A stretch of 24,000 bases of DNA from contig NZ_NAEW01000011.1 of the NCBI RefSeq assembly GCF_002075345.1, positions 18,580 to 42,579 of the forward strand. The letters run 5' to 3'. Positions 1 through 10,462 of the stretch are shown here, in pieces; within the stretch, counting starts at the first letter, position 1, and each line of letters begins with the position of its first letter. Below the pieces are notes generated by a model. It made no database searches and was not told the origin of the DNA. It saw only the letters and a program-made list of their open reading frames with translations. The DNA is from Citrobacter braakii (GTDB taxonomy: Bacteria; Pseudomonadota; Gammaproteobacteria; Enterobacterales; Enterobacteriaceae). Position numbers and translations under genes: made by a program.

Positions 1-357
1 AATCGCCGCCCAGAATACGCATTTCTGGCCGAAGTTATAACGTCCAGTGTCACCTACTTCCTCGTTGACGACAATCTTACGAATATTCTTCGCCCAAAAG
101 ATATCATCCCGATTGATTAGATTGTGGTGCCAGTAACGGAAAAACATGATGATAAACGAGGCAAACATGATCACGCCGACAAACGGGTGCACAATTCGCG
201 CCAGTTGCGGCGTGCCCATGATGTGCATCAGCCAGTTAAACGACGGGAAGAGAAAACCCATCCCGCTCACTGCCGCCAGAATGAAGCAGAAGGCGGTGAT
301 CCAGTGGTTGATGCGTTCCGGCGCCGTGTAGCGCACGATGGTGTCACGTCGTTTCAT
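1..357 (-). CDS. fdoI: Formate dehydrogenase-O gamma subunit (cytochrome b556), N-terminal 119 codons; the 3' end lies beyond the window start
   Basis: Hand translation of the minus strand from ATG (357-355) gives [65 protein letters not shown]..., open through position 1. This is a recognisable FdoI/FdnI N-terminus. The ATG overlaps the fdoH TGA (ATGA, 354-357). It is absent from the ORF track because there is no stop in the window. Confidence 0.9.
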   Translation of the reverse strand, partial: MKRRDTIVRYTAPERINHWITAFCFILAAVSGMGFLFPSFNWLMHIMGTPQLARIVHPFVGVIMFASFIIMFFRYWHHNLINRDDIFWAKNIRKIVVNEEVGDTGRYNFGQKCVFWAAI

Positions 358-1256
358 TTGCGCACCTCGTCTTTTTCTTCATGCAGATTGTCTTCTTCCT
401 CTTCCGCACGGTTCGGGCCTACGCCGACGTAGTGGAAGATACTGGCCGCAAATGTCGCTGCAAAGCCGACGGCTGCGAGAGGTTTCCAGATGCCTTTCCA
501 GAACTTCACGGTGGCGCTGATTTCCGGGTTCTCCGGCAGACCGTGGTACAGATTCGGCTTGTCCGCATGGTGCAATACGTACATCACGTGCGTACCGCCA
601 ACGCCTGCCGGATCGTACAGACCCGCGTTTTCGTAACCACGCGTTTTCAGCTCCGCCACGCGCTCACCGGCCAGCGTTTTCATCGACTCTTTGGTGCCGA
701 AATGAATAGCGCCGGTTGGACACGTTTTCACGCAGGCTGGTTCTTGTCCGACCACTACACGGTCAACGCACAGCGTACATTTGTAAACGCGATTGTCTTC
801 CGGGTTGAGGCGCGGCACGTCGAACGGGCAGCCCGCGATACAGTAGCCACAGCCGATGCACTGCTCGGACTGGAAGTCGACGATACCGTTGGCATACTGA
901 ATGATTGCTCCTTCGGCCGGACACGCTTTCAGGCAGCCCGGATCGGCGCAGTGCATACAGCCATCCTTGCGGATTAGCCACTCCAGTTTGTCGTTTTGTT
1001 CCACTTCCGAGAAGCGCATTACCGTCCAGGATTTAGCGGTCAAATCAGCCGGGTTGTCGTACACCCCAACGTTGTTGCCCACTTCATCACGGATGTCGTT
1101 CCATTCTGAACACGCCACCTGACACGCTTTACAGCCGATACAGGTGGTGACGTCGATAAGCTTCGCCACCTCTTCCTGATGGTCCCGCGCCTGAGGCGCG
1201 GGGGTGAAACCGTTAGTGGCGGAACGACGAATGATGTCTTGCGATTGATAAGCCAT
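354..1256 (-). CDS. fdoH: Formate dehydrogenase-O beta subunit (4x[4Fe-4S] ferredoxin-type, C-terminal TM anchor)
   Basis: 300-aa ORF with multiple CxxCxxCxxxCP clusters ([44 protein letters not shown]...CVKTCP). Near-identical in layout to E. coli FdoH and sits between fdoG and fdoI. Confidence 0.95.
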   Translation of the reverse strand: MAYQSQDIIRRSATNGFTPAPQARDHQEEVAKLIDVTTCIGCKACQVACSEWNDIRDEVGNNVGVYDNPADLTAKSWTVMRFSEVEQNDKLEWLIRKDGCMHCADPGCLKACPAEGAIIQYANGIVDFQSEQCIGCGYCIAGCPFDVPRLNPEDNRVYKCTLCVDRVVVGQEPACVKTCPTGAIHFGTKESMKTLAGERVAELKTRGYENAGLYDPAGVGGTHVMYVLHHADKPNLYHGLPENPEISATVKFWKGIWKPLAAVGFAATFAASIFHYVGVGPNRAEEEEDNLHEEKDEVRK

Positions 1257-1268
1257 AGGTCGTCTCCG

Positions 1269-4200
1269 TTACACCTTTTCCACGTTCACGAGGAAGGACT
1301 TAAATTCCGGCGTCTGCGTGTTTGCATCACCGACGAATGGCGTTAACGTGTTAGCGATAAAGCCTTTTTTCGCCACACCTTCGTAGCCCCAGTGAATCGG
1401 GATTCCGATAGTGTCGATATCCTGACCGTTGGCCTTCAACGTGCGAATACGTTTAGTCACCACCGCTTTGGCTTTAATGTAGCCACGGTTAGAGGAGACT
1501 TTGACGGTATCGCCATGAGAGATACCGAGCTTATTCGCCAGCTTCTCGCCAATTTCCACAAACTGCTCCGGCTGGGCGATAGCGTTAAGCAGCGCATGCT
1601 TAGTCCAGTAGTGGAAGTGCTCGGTCAGACGGTAGGTCGTACCGACGTACGGGAACTTATCCGCTTTACCCAGTGCTTCCGCGTCACCTTTAAAGATACG
1701 TGCGGCAGGGTTAGAGATAACGTTCGGGTGCAGCGGGTTAGTCCCCAGCGGCGTTTCAAACGGCTCGTAGTGTTCCGGGAACGGACCTTCTGCCATCTTA
1801 TCGATAGCAAACAGACGTCCCATCCCTTCCGGCTGCATGATGAACGGCCCAACGTTGCTGCCCGGCGCGGCGGCACTGTAGTCTGGAATATCCATCCCGC
1901 TCCATTTCGCCCCGTCCCATTTCAGGATCTGACGTTTTGGATCCCACGGATTCCCCTGCGGGTCTGCGGAGGCGCGGTTATACAGAATGCGGCGGTTGAG
2001 CGGCCACGCCCATGCCCAGCCCAGCGTATTGCCAAGGCCTGACGGATCGGCGTTATCGCGACGTGCCATCTGGTTGCCTTCCGGCGTCCAGCTACCGGCA
2101 AAAATCCAGCAGCCGCTGGAGGTGGTACCGTCGTCACGCAGTTGGGCGAACGAGCTAAGCTGTTGGCCTTTCTTGACGATAACGGCACCGGTGGCCGGGT
2201 CGATAATGTCGGCCAGGGCTTTTCCGTTGCTCTCCATCGCCACTTCTTCCGAAGCCGGTTCGTGCGGTGTGGAGTAGTTCCAGGTCATGCTCAGTACCTG
2301 TTCCGGGTTCGCGCCACCCTGTTCGGCATACATCTTGCGCAGACGCAGGAAGATACCGGCGAGGATTTCACCATCGGTAACGGCAATCCCCGGGGCATCC
2401 GCACCTTTCCAGTGCCACTGCAGCCAGCGACCGGAGTTGACGATAGAACCGTTCTCTTCGGCGAAGCAGGTGGACGGCAGACGGAATACTTCGGTCTGGA
2501 TTTTCGTCGGGTCAACATCGTTCGACTCACCGTGGTTCTGCCAGAAGGTGGAGGTCTCTGTGTTGAGCGGGTCGATGGTAACCAGGAACTTCAGTTTGGA
2601 CAGTGAAGCCACAACCTTGTTTTTATTCGGGAATGATGCGACCGGGTTAAAGCCCTGGCAGATATAGCCATTCACTTTGCCCTGGTTCATCATCTCGAAG
2701 TACTGCAGGACGTCGTACCCTTTATCCCACTTCGGCAGCCAGTCGAAGCCCCAGCTGTTTTCCGCTGTCGCTTTATCGCCAAAGAAGGCTTTCATCATCG
2801 AAACGAAGAATTTCGGGTAGTTGCCCCAGTAGTTCACCTGGCCTTCCAGCAACGGTTTTGGCGTGTTGGCGGCAAGGTAAGTTTGCAGGTCAGTTTGTTT
2901 CTCGCTTGGCAGCGTCATGTAGCCCGGCAGGCTTTGTGACAGCAGACCTAAGTCGGTCAGACCCTGAATGTTAGAGTGTCCGCGCAGGGCGTTAACGCCG
3001 CCGCCTGCCATCCCCATATTGCCAAGCAGCAACTGGATCATCGCCATGGTACGGATGTTCTGCGCACCAACGGAGTGTTGCGTCCAGCCCAGTGCGTACA
3101 GGAACGACGCGGTTTTATCTGGGCGGCTTGTTTCTGCGATGTACTCACAGACCTTCAGGAAGTCGGCCTTTGGCGTACCGCAGATATTTTCTACGACGTC
3201 CGGCGTGTAGCGGGAGACGTGCTGTTTCAGCAGGTTCCATACGCAGCGCGGGTGTTGCAGGGTGACATCGCGTTTGGCGAAGCCTTTTTCATCCAGTTCG
3301 TAGTTCCAACTGGTTTTGTCATACTTGCGTTTGTCCGCGTCGTAGCCGGTAAACAGGCCATCTTCGAAACCGTAATCCTCACGCACGATCAGGCTGGCGT
3401 TGGTATAGGCTTCAGTGTATTCGCGGTTGAATTTTTCGTTGTTCAGCAGGTACAGCAAAACGCCTGACAGGAAAGCAATGTCAGTACCGGAACGAATCGG
3501 AGCATAGAAATCAGCCACCGCCGCGGTTCGCGTAAAGCGCGGATCGATAACAATCAGCTTCGCGCCGTTGTGAATTTTGGCTTCCATCGCCCAGCGGAAC
3601 CCGACCGGGTGAGCTTCAGCGGCGTTACCGCCCATTACCACAACGAGGTTGGCGTTTTTAATGTCGACCCAGTGGTTGGTCATCGCACCGCGACCAAATG
3701 TTGGAGCAAGACTTGCTACCGTTGGTCCGTGTCAGACGCGTGCCTGGTTGTCGACCGCGAGCATACCAAGCGCGCGGGAGAATTTTTGTGTTAAATAGCC
3801 GGTTTCGTTACTGGAAGCGGAAGCACACAGCATCCCGGTGGAAAGCCAGCGGTTAACGGTTACGCCTTCGGCGTTTTGTGCAACGTAGTTAGCGTCGCGA
3901 TCTTCTTTCATCAGCTTAGCGATGCGGTCAAATGCCTCATCCCAGCTAATCTGTTGCCACTTATCAGAGCCAGGTGCGCGGTATTCCGGGAATTTCAGGC
4001 GGCTTTCAGAGTGGATGAAGTCCACAAGTCCTGCCCCTTTCGGGCACAGTGCGCCACGGTTCACCGGGTGATCCGGGTCCCCTTCGATATGGAAGATGGA
4101 TGCTTTGGCGTTTTTTGCTCCGTCACCGAGACTGTACATTAACAGTCCACAGCCAACGGAACAGTAAGTGCAGGTGTTACGGGTTTCGCGGGTGCGCAGC

Positions 4201-4319
4201 AATTTATATTGCCGTGTTTCCGCTAGCGCTACGCCGGGTGCAAAGCCCAGTGCCGCTGCCGTGGTGCCTGCCATACCGCCAGCGCAGATCTTAAAGAACT
4301 GCCTTCTGCTGACCTGCAT
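1269..4319 (-). CDS. fdoG: Formate dehydrogenase-O alpha subunit, selenocysteine-containing molybdopterin enzyme (1016 codons, Sec at codon 196)
   Basis: Track ORFs 3732..4319 and 1269..3683 are one frame. The sequence ...DNQARV-TGA(3734-3732)-HGPTVASLAPTFGRGAMTNHWVD... reads through in frame. Total length is 3051 nt, giving 1016 aa, which matches FdoG. The N-terminus carries a twin-arginine signal (MQVSRRQFFKICAGG...ALA). A SECIS hairpin follows the TGA. Confidence 0.95.
3692..3727 (-). promoter_or_regulatory. SECIS element directing Sec insertion at the fdoG UGA
   Basis: mRNA 3' of the UGA reads CAC G-GACCAA-CGGUAGCAAGUCUUGCUCCAACAU-UUGGUC. The lower stem is GACCAA/UUGGUC. The upper stem is GG(U)AGCA/UGCUCC with a bulged U. 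The apical loop is AGUCU. This is the same architecture as the E. coli fdhF SECIS (bulged U plus GU in the loop). Confidence 0.8.
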
Positions 4320-4513
4320 GGTTCGCTCCTTGTTTCGACATTGTCACGTTCCCTTCGTTTTCCTATAACGCGAACGCGAGGGAAGTGGTTGTTATTTTTC
4401 TTTGCGGACGGGACCGCAAAGGTCCAGAATTGGGTGAATTTCCCTCCGTCCAGGAGGGATTTGTAAAGAATACCACAATGTTGGTATGCGTGTTCCAATA
4501 CGGTTAAAAGAAA

Positions 4514-5350
4514 GTGAATAAGATTATTCAAGAAAACATCAAGAATGTGACATCTCCGACAGGATCTCGTCAGTTGACCCTCTGGAAGCGCGAGGACTTG
4601 CAACATCCTCAGCCAGATGAGGTAGCTGAAGAAGTGCCTGTGGCACTGGTATACAACGGGATTTCACACGTGGTGATGATGGCATCCCCGAAAGATCTTG
4701 AGCACTTCGCGATGGGTTTTTCACTTTCTGAAGGCATTATTGAGTCCTCGCAAGATATTTACGGGATGGACGTGGTGCCTTCCTGCAACGGATTAGAAGT
4801 GCAGGTTGAGCTGTCCAGCCGGCGCTTTATGGGGCTGAAAGCGCGTCGTCGCGCACTGGCCGGTCGGACTGGCTGCGGTGTTTGTGGCGTGGAGCAACTT
4901 AATGATATTGGCAAACCGGTCCAGCCGCTGCCGTTTACCCAGACATTCAATCTGGCGCATCTTGATAACGCCTTAAGGCATCTCCCTGATTTCCAGCCTG
5001 TTGGGCAACTGACAGGCTGCACGCACGCGGCTGCCTGGGTACAGCCGTCAGGTCATCTGGCGGGCGGGCATGAAGATGTTGGACGTCATGTTGCGCTGGA
5101 TAAACTGCTGGGACGACGTGCGATCGAAGGGGAAACCTGGCAGCAGGGCGCGGTATTAGTCTCCAGCCGCGCCAGCTACGAGATGGTGCAGAAGTCGGCA
5201 ATGTGCGGCGTGGAAATCCTGTTTGCTGTTTCTGCGGCGACAACGCTCGCTGTGGAAGTTGCCGAACGCTGTAACCTGACGCTGGTGGGTTTTTGCAAAC
5301 CGGGCCGGGCGACGATTTATACACATCCCGAGCGTCTGATAACTGAGTAA
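4514..5350 (+). CDS. fdhD: Formate dehydrogenase accessory sulfurtransferase FdhD
   Basis: 278-aa ORF with a GTG start. The run [28 protein letters not shown]...GRTGCGVCG...[51 protein letters not shown] is collinear with E. coli FdhD. It is divergent from fdoG, as in K-12. Confidence 0.93.
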   Translation: MNKIIQENIKNVTSPTGSRQLTLWKREDLQHPQPDEVAEEVPVALVYNGISHVVMMASPKDLEHFAMGFSLSEGIIESSQDIYGMDVVPSCNGLEVQVELSSRRFMGLKARRRALAGRTGCGVCGVEQLNDIGKPVQPLPFTQTFNLAHLDNALRHLPDFQPVGQLTGCTHAAAWVQPSGHLAGGHEDVGRHVALDKLLGRRAIEGETWQQGAVLVSSRASYEMVQKSAMCGVEILFAVSAATTLAVEVAERCNLTLVGFCKPGRATIYTHPERLITE

Positions 5351-5478
5351 CCAGTATTCAATTAATTTGAATAAGACTGGCAAATCCTTCCGCTTTTAGT
5401 TGTGCGATGAGATGGCTATTATTTATCACATCAAGGCACGGTGCCTTAATCAAACAACTAAGTTAAAGGGTTTATATC

Positions 5479-5691
5479 ATGAAAAGCATCAAAACTTTTG
5501 TCGCAGTTATCGCTCTGGCTACTTCTTTCGGTTCTTTCGCTGCTCAGACAGTTACCGCAACTGGTTCTACACTGGAAAGCGCTGAAGCAAAAATTGCCGC
5601 TCAGGCTGAACGTGCAGGTGCCAGCGATTATAAAATCACTCAGGCATACACTGGCAACCGCGTGCACATGACCGCTGAACTGCTGAAATAA
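5479..5691 (+). CDS. Small secreted DUF1471 (YdgH/BhsA/McbA-family) protein
   Basis: 70 aa. The signal peptide is MKSIKTFVAVIALATSFGSFA|AQ. The mature domain TATGSTLESAEAKIAAQAERAGASDYKITQAYTGNRVHMTAELLK matches the DUF1471 pattern (A..KA...GA..Y.I......N...TA.L.K). A factor-independent terminator follows. Confidence 0.8.
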   Translation: MKSIKTFVAVIALATSFGSFAAQTVTATGSTLESAEAKIAAQAERAGASDYKITQAYTGNRVHMTAELLK

Positions 5692-5713
5692 AATACCTCA
5701 GTACTGTCGAAAG

Positions 5714-5736
5714 AGCGCCCTTGAGGCGCTTTTTTC
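5714..5736 (+). terminator. Rho-independent terminator after the DUF1471 gene, possibly bidirectional with the convergent frvR
   Basis: The stem is AGCGCC / GGCGCT with loop CTTGA, followed by TTTTTT. It lies between two convergent stop codons (5691 and 5748). Confidence 0.75.
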
Positions 5737-5747
5737 ATTTCCGGCAT

Positions 5748-7493
5748 TCACTGCCTGAGCAATGCGATAAACGCGTTATAGTCTTTCAATCCCGCAATAG
5801 TTTCTGCCGGATGGCTGCTCAGCACGCTGGATAAATAACTGAAGATTTTTAGCTCATGCCGCGCCTCGGCGGCGGCACAGGCGATCAGGACATGGCTGAC
5901 CGGTTCGTTATTCACCAGAATAGGGTGTGCGAGGGTAATAAAGAAACCACGAAAGCGGCGCTCCTGTTCGCTCCAGCAATGAGGAATCGCCAGGCGATTC
6001 ACGATCAGGTTTTCACCTTCATGCTCCCGGGCGCAAATGCGCAGCGCTTCGTCCTCGGTGATATGGCTCTGTGCCACAAGCTGGCCGCAGATCCGGCCGA
6101 TGATACTCTGCCAGCTTTCGGCCTTCATATTGGCGTAATGGAAGCTGCCCGGCTGTAAAAAGAAACGTTCGGGCTGCTGGCGGATAAAGGCCGTCGCGAG
6201 GAAGTGTTTAATCTGCTCGGTACCCGCAGCGGTGATGATGTTCTTGATGGTTAAGGTATTTTTTATAGATTCATCAAGTAAATAGTGACTATTGTTGATG
6301 ATTAACAGTGGGGTGATTTCTTCACTGATGGCGCTGACTTCACTCGTATTTCGCGCAATGATCACCCGACAATTCAGAACATCTCGCTCAATGGCCTGTT
6401 GGTTGATGGTGGCGATAGCATTCTGGTCGGATAACAAAATGACCGGCTGGCGCTCGTTTTGATGGCGCTCCAGTGCGCAGGCGAAGTAAAGCCCGATGAG
6501 GTCGCTATCGAACAGTGGGATATCCAGTTTTTCACGCAACAGGGCAATAAAACGCAGACTCAAATCGAAGGCGGCAGGCCAGGTCGATTTCAGGTTGTGC
6601 ATACTGCTCTGGCGATGTTCTGGTACCCAAACTGGGGCAGAGACGCATCTCAGCAGGTGGCCGGTAATATTATCAACCAGTTGGGTATCGATAACGTTCA
6701 ACGCAGCGATGCCGGGAACGCTTTTTAACAACAAGGTCACCGCATCTGCAGAGATTGTCATTGCCTGCCGTTGTCTGATTTCCAGAAGGCCGGTCAGTGT
6801 TCTGAAGGCGTTCTCGCCCAGGTAGACTCCTCCTTGTTCCACCGCATTTTTCAGTGATACATACCGACACTCCGGCCATGACCCGGAGAGTTGGTTACGC
6901 AGGGCATAGACGGCCAGCACCAGACTTGCCAGGTACTCTCCCGAGATGAGCGGGAATTCATTAAGTTTTTCACATGCTGCATTGAGCCTGTCGATATTGT
7001 CCCGGGTAATACCCGGCAGTGGAATTAAGAGGGGATCTTTTTTAAGCAGATTCGCCAACAGGATAATGCGCTTTTCTTCCGGTTCATCAATGAAATGACC
7101 GACGCCCGGGCGGCTGGCAAGACAAAAGGCGCGCTCATAGCGCTGCTTCAACCGTGGGAGACGATCGGCCACCCAGGTTTCAGGTAAATTGAGCGCCGAA
7201 GCCAGCTGTACACGCGGTGTAAAGGTATTGAGCAGAAGAAAGGCCAGCAACCGGTCATCATTATCATGGCGTTGCAGAAGCTGAAAATAACCGCGTCTGT
7301 CGACAATTTCCAACTGATAGCCCGCACTGCCGCCGGGCTGAATGCGGGCCTTACCGCTGAGGGTAAAATTGAGGTAGTCAATATCGCGCAGGATGGTTCT
7401 GCCTGAAACGCCAGTTTGCCGCGCCAGGTCGCCCAGCAAACACGGCTGCTGTTCAAGAAGATCCACCAATTTTAACTGGCGTTCCGAAAGCAT
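5748..7493 (-). CDS. frvR: Transcriptional regulator of the frv operon (N-terminal HTH, C-terminal PTS-EIIA-like domain)
   Basis: 581-aa ORF, collinear with E. coli FrvR (582 aa by recollection). The start ATG overlaps the frvX TAA by 1 nt (TAATG at 7491-7495). Confidence 0.88.
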   Translation of the reverse strand: MLSERQLKLVDLLEQQPCLLGDLARQTGVSGRTILRDIDYLNFTLSGKARIQPGGSAGYQLEIVDRRGYFQLLQRHDNDDRLLAFLLLNTFTPRVQLASALNLPETWVADRLPRLKQRYERAFCLASRPGVGHFIDEPEEKRIILLANLLKKDPLLIPLPGITRDNIDRLNAACEKLNEFPLISGEYLASLVLAVYALRNQLSGSWPECRYVSLKNAVEQGGVYLGENAFRTLTGLLEIRQRQAMTISADAVTLLLKSVPGIAALNVIDTQLVDNITGHLLRCVSAPVWVPEHRQSSMHNLKSTWPAAFDLSLRFIALLREKLDIPLFDSDLIGLYFACALERHQNERQPVILLSDQNAIATINQQAIERDVLNCRVIIARNTSEVSAISEEITPLLIINNSHYLLDESIKNTLTIKNIITAAGTEQIKHFLATAFIRQQPERFFLQPGSFHYANMKAESWQSIIGRICGQLVAQSHITEDEALRICAREHEGENLIVNRLAIPHCWSEQERRFRGFFITLAHPILVNNEPVSHVLIACAAAEARHELKIFSYLSSVLSSHPAETIAGLKDYNAFIALLRQ

Positions 7494-8569
7494 TAACTCT
7501 CCCGGCGAAAGTCAGTAAACGCGCGGACCTTTTCGGTCGACAGCGAGGTGAGCAGTTCGTGCACCAGCGTAAACAGCGCGTTGTAATCCGATGCGGAAAT
7601 CATGCCGCTGTTGGCGTGGAGATAGCGAGTCGGCAGGCATAGCGCCGCCACAGGACGACCGCCGCCCATAACGTTATAGCGTCCACCGTCCGTCGCCCCG
7701 GTTTTCATGGTGCAAAACTGCAATGACGCGCCGCTGCTTTCTGCACACGCTTTTAATGTGGCAACCAACTGCTGATTAGGGAAATAGCGCTTATCGAACA
7801 GCATCAGCCCTGGGCCCTCGCCAAGCTTGAGTGGGTATTTAATGCTGTCGATTCCGGGCACATCGCCCGCAACCGCAGTATCCAGCACGATCACCACATC
7901 GGGCTTGATATGCTCCGCTGAGGTTTGCGCCCCGCGTAGACCCACTTCTTCTTCCACGCTGCCCACGCCGTACAGGGTAATTTCAGGGTTATTCACGGTT
8001 TGTAAAAGCTCGGCCATCAGGGCGCAGCCGACGCGATTATCCAGCGCTTTGCCGACGATCTTATCTTCGCCCCAGCGAGCGAAATTGGCTTCCGGGCTAA
8101 CGAAATCACCGATCGCAATTCCGCGGTTTTCTACTTCTTCGCGGCTGTTGGCACCAATATCGATGAACATTTCGTCAAATGTCAGAGGTTGCTGTTTCTG
8201 CTTTTCCGTTAAGGCGTGCGGTGCTACGGAGCCGATTATGCCAGGGATTTTAACGCCCTTGCGGGTACGGATGGCGACCCGGTGGTTCAGCATCGACTGG
8301 CTCCACCAACCGCCAATGGTGGTGAAGCGCAAAAAGCCGCTTTCGTCGATATGCGTGACCATAAAGCCCACTTCATCCATGTGACCGACGATGGCAACCT
8401 TCGGCCCACGGTTGCCCTTGCGTGCGACAAAGCTGCCGAGGCCGTCAAAAGTGATTTCATCGACGCTGGAATCCAGCGCATTAATGAGAAGAGTGCGAAC
8501 TTCCTGCTCATCACCGCTGACGGCGCTGGCTTCGCATAACTGCTGAAGTAACTCAATGTTCATGGGCAA
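7493..8569 (-). CDS. frvX: M42-family metallo-aminopeptidase / endoglucanase-like protein FrvX
   Basis: 358-aa ORF. The motifs GHMDEVGFMV, ALDNRVGC and SVEEEVGLRGA are typical of the M42 (FrvX/YpdE/SgcX) family. Its position between frvB and frvR matches K-12. Confidence 0.9.
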   Translation of the reverse strand: MPMNIELLQQLCEASAVSGDEQEVRTLLINALDSSVDEITFDGLGSFVARKGNRGPKVAIVGHMDEVGFMVTHIDESGFLRFTTIGGWWSQSMLNHRVAIRTRKGVKIPGIIGSVAPHALTEKQKQQPLTFDEMFIDIGANSREEVENRGIAIGDFVSPEANFARWGEDKIVGKALDNRVGCALMAELLQTVNNPEITLYGVGSVEEEVGLRGAQTSAEHIKPDVVIVLDTAVAGDVPGIDSIKYPLKLGEGPGLMLFDKRYFPNQQLVATLKACAESSGASLQFCTMKTGATDGGRYNVMGGGRPVAALCLPTRYLHANSGMISASDYNALFTLVHELLTSLSTEKVRAFTDFRRES

Positions 8570-9998
8570 GCTCCTGCTGTGCGGCTTTACGTTTCAGCCA
8601 CAATCCTTTCAGGATGATAATTAACGAAATGTTCAGCGCCAGACCGATAGCCAGCACCAGGTAAAATGACCCCACCGGGGACATCAGGCCAATCAGCGGA
8701 TCAAAGATACCTAAACCCGGCGCGAGACGTTTGATTCCAAAGGCGATGACCAGCATGCCGGTAATACCACCGGAGAGCGTATTGGCGGTAATCATCGGCA
8801 GCGGCGCGGCCAGCGCATAGGGGATTGCCGGTTCGGTGGCGACGGTGGCACCCACCACAATCGCACTGCTGGCGGCGGCCTTCTCCTGCTGGGTAAACAG
8901 TTTTGGCGCTAAATAGGTAGCGATACCTGCCGCGACGGGCGGCATCAGCGCCACCACGCCGACGATGGCGTACCAGTCATAGATATGTTTTTCCAGCAGT
9001 GAGAAGCAGAAGAACCAGGCCGTTTTATTGATTGGCCCGCCCATATCAAATGCCAGCATTGCGCCAACGAGGAAGGCTGCGCCCATTTTCATTGATGGCG
9101 GAATGGTGTTCAGGAAGTGCAGCAGCCCCCCCATGATGTCGGACATCACCGGGCCGATGACGTAATAAGTCAGTACGCCAAACACCAGCAAAGTGACAAA
9201 CGGGATCAGCATGGAGCCGAGCAGCGGCTGCAACGCTTTGCCGAGCCGAACCTTGCGAAACCAAAGCACAAAGTAGCCAATTGCCAGCCCGAGTACGACC
9301 GCGCCGAGAAACCCCGCGCCGGACTGGGTGCCGAGAAGACCTTTATCGTTCGCCAGGTAACACACCAGAAACGCCGGGGCAAAAGCGGGCTTATCGGCAA
9401 TCGACCACGCGATGTATGCCCCCATTATGGGGATCATAAAGGTGAAGCCCAGATAGCCGATGGATTCAACAACCCAGGTGAACGATGGCGCACCTTTCGA
9501 CATATCGGCATAGGGCAAACCGAACTGCACCAGCATATTAGCGATGGCGACCAGAATACCGCCGCCAATAACAAACGGCAGCGCGGCGGAAACGCCAGCC
9601 ATCAGGTGGCTCATCACGCTACCGTGCTGGACCTCCTGTTTTCCCAGCTTCACGCTGCTATCAGTGGCAAAAAGTTGTGAGTGAGTCGGTAACTGCGTAA
9701 AAATCAGGTCGATATTTTTCAGCGCCTGGGAAATGGCTATTTCATAGACTTTTTTCCCGGCGAAACGCGCCCGGTCTTCACCGCTCAGGCCGCGACCTGT
9801 AGCCAGAATAACGTAATCGGCAGCGGCAATTTCTTCACTGGTCAGTCGGTTTTCGACGCCGCTTGAGCCCTGGGTTTCGACTTTAATCGTATGGCCGAGC
9901 GAGCGCGCTTTTTGCTCCAGCGCTTCTGCCACCATATAAGTGTGGGCGATACCCGCCGGACAGTTGGTAATCGCCACTAAACGCAAGGATGACTCCAT
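8553..9998 (-). CDS. frvB: PTS fructose-like enzyme IIBC component
   Basis: 481-aa ORF. The N-terminal IIB domain has the active-site Cys motif (LVAITNCPAGIAHTYM), followed by a polytopic IIC domain. It overlaps frvX by 17 nt. Confidence 0.92.
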   Translation of the reverse strand: MESSLRLVAITNCPAGIAHTYMVAEALEQKARSLGHTIKVETQGSSGVENRLTSEEIAAADYVILATGRGLSGEDRARFAGKKVYEIAISQALKNIDLIFTQLPTHSQLFATDSSVKLGKQEVQHGSVMSHLMAGVSAALPFVIGGGILVAIANMLVQFGLPYADMSKGAPSFTWVVESIGYLGFTFMIPIMGAYIAWSIADKPAFAPAFLVCYLANDKGLLGTQSGAGFLGAVVLGLAIGYFVLWFRKVRLGKALQPLLGSMLIPFVTLLVFGVLTYYVIGPVMSDIMGGLLHFLNTIPPSMKMGAAFLVGAMLAFDMGGPINKTAWFFCFSLLEKHIYDWYAIVGVVALMPPVAAGIATYLAPKLFTQQEKAAASSAIVVGATVATEPAIPYALAAPLPMITANTLSGGITGMLVIAFGIKRLAPGLGIFDPLIGLMSPVGSFYLVLAIGLALNISLIIILKGLWLKRKAAQQELAHEH

Positions 9999-10008
9999 AG
10001 CCGCTTCC

Positions 10009-10455
10009 TTATGAGGTTAAGGTCTGATTGAGCAGGGTGAGCACCTGGTTGGTGTCGCCTTGCTTCAGTTGGTTGATGAAATCTTGATGGATAATTTTGC
10101 GGCACAGGGTGCCGATAATTTTGACCTGATCGTCCTCGCCCGTTTGTGGCACGCCGAGGCAGATCCAGCAGTTAACGTCCTCGCCGTCGCTGGCTTTCCA
10201 GTCCACTTTTTTTGATTTGCGCGCGAACAAGACGAAGGGGCGTGTGATACAGGCGCTTTTACCGTGTGGGACGGCAATGCCCGAACCAAAGCCGGTGGAA
10301 TGCAGCTTTTCGCGTATCAGCAGCGTTTGCAGGAAGGCGCTGCGGTCAGAGACGTAGCCATTTTGAAGCGCCATATTCGCCAGTTGCTTGAGGATGGCAT
10401 AAACGCTATTCCCCTGAATATTCAGGTCAATGCAGTTAGCTGTAAGGGCTGTCAT
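10009..10455 (-). CDS. frvA: PTS fructose-like enzyme IIA component
   Basis: 148-aa ORF with the EIIA(Fru/Mtl/Ntr) signature STGFGSGIAVPHGK. Near-identical to E. coli FrvA and the first gene of frvABXR. Confidence 0.92.
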   Translation of the reverse strand: MTALTANCIDLNIQGNSVYAILKQLANMALQNGYVSDRSAFLQTLLIREKLHSTGFGSGIAVPHGKSACITRPFVLFARKSKKVDWKASDGEDVNCWICLGVPQTGEDDQVKIIGTLCRKIIHQDFINQLKQGDTNQVLTLLNQTLTS

Positions 10456-10462
10456 GGTGGGA

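Noticed and set aside
4229-4606. 125-aa minus-strand ORF spanning the fdoG start, the intergenic region and the fdhD 5' end
   Set aside because: It overlaps two well-supported genes and the divergent promoter region, and I recognise no family. It is an out-of-frame artefact.
5400-5667. ORFs 5400..5585 (+) and 5458..5667 (-) overlapping the DUF1471 gene
   Set aside because: The 5479..5691 frame gives a clean signal peptide plus a DUF1471 domain and is followed by a terminator. The competing frames have no recognisable features.
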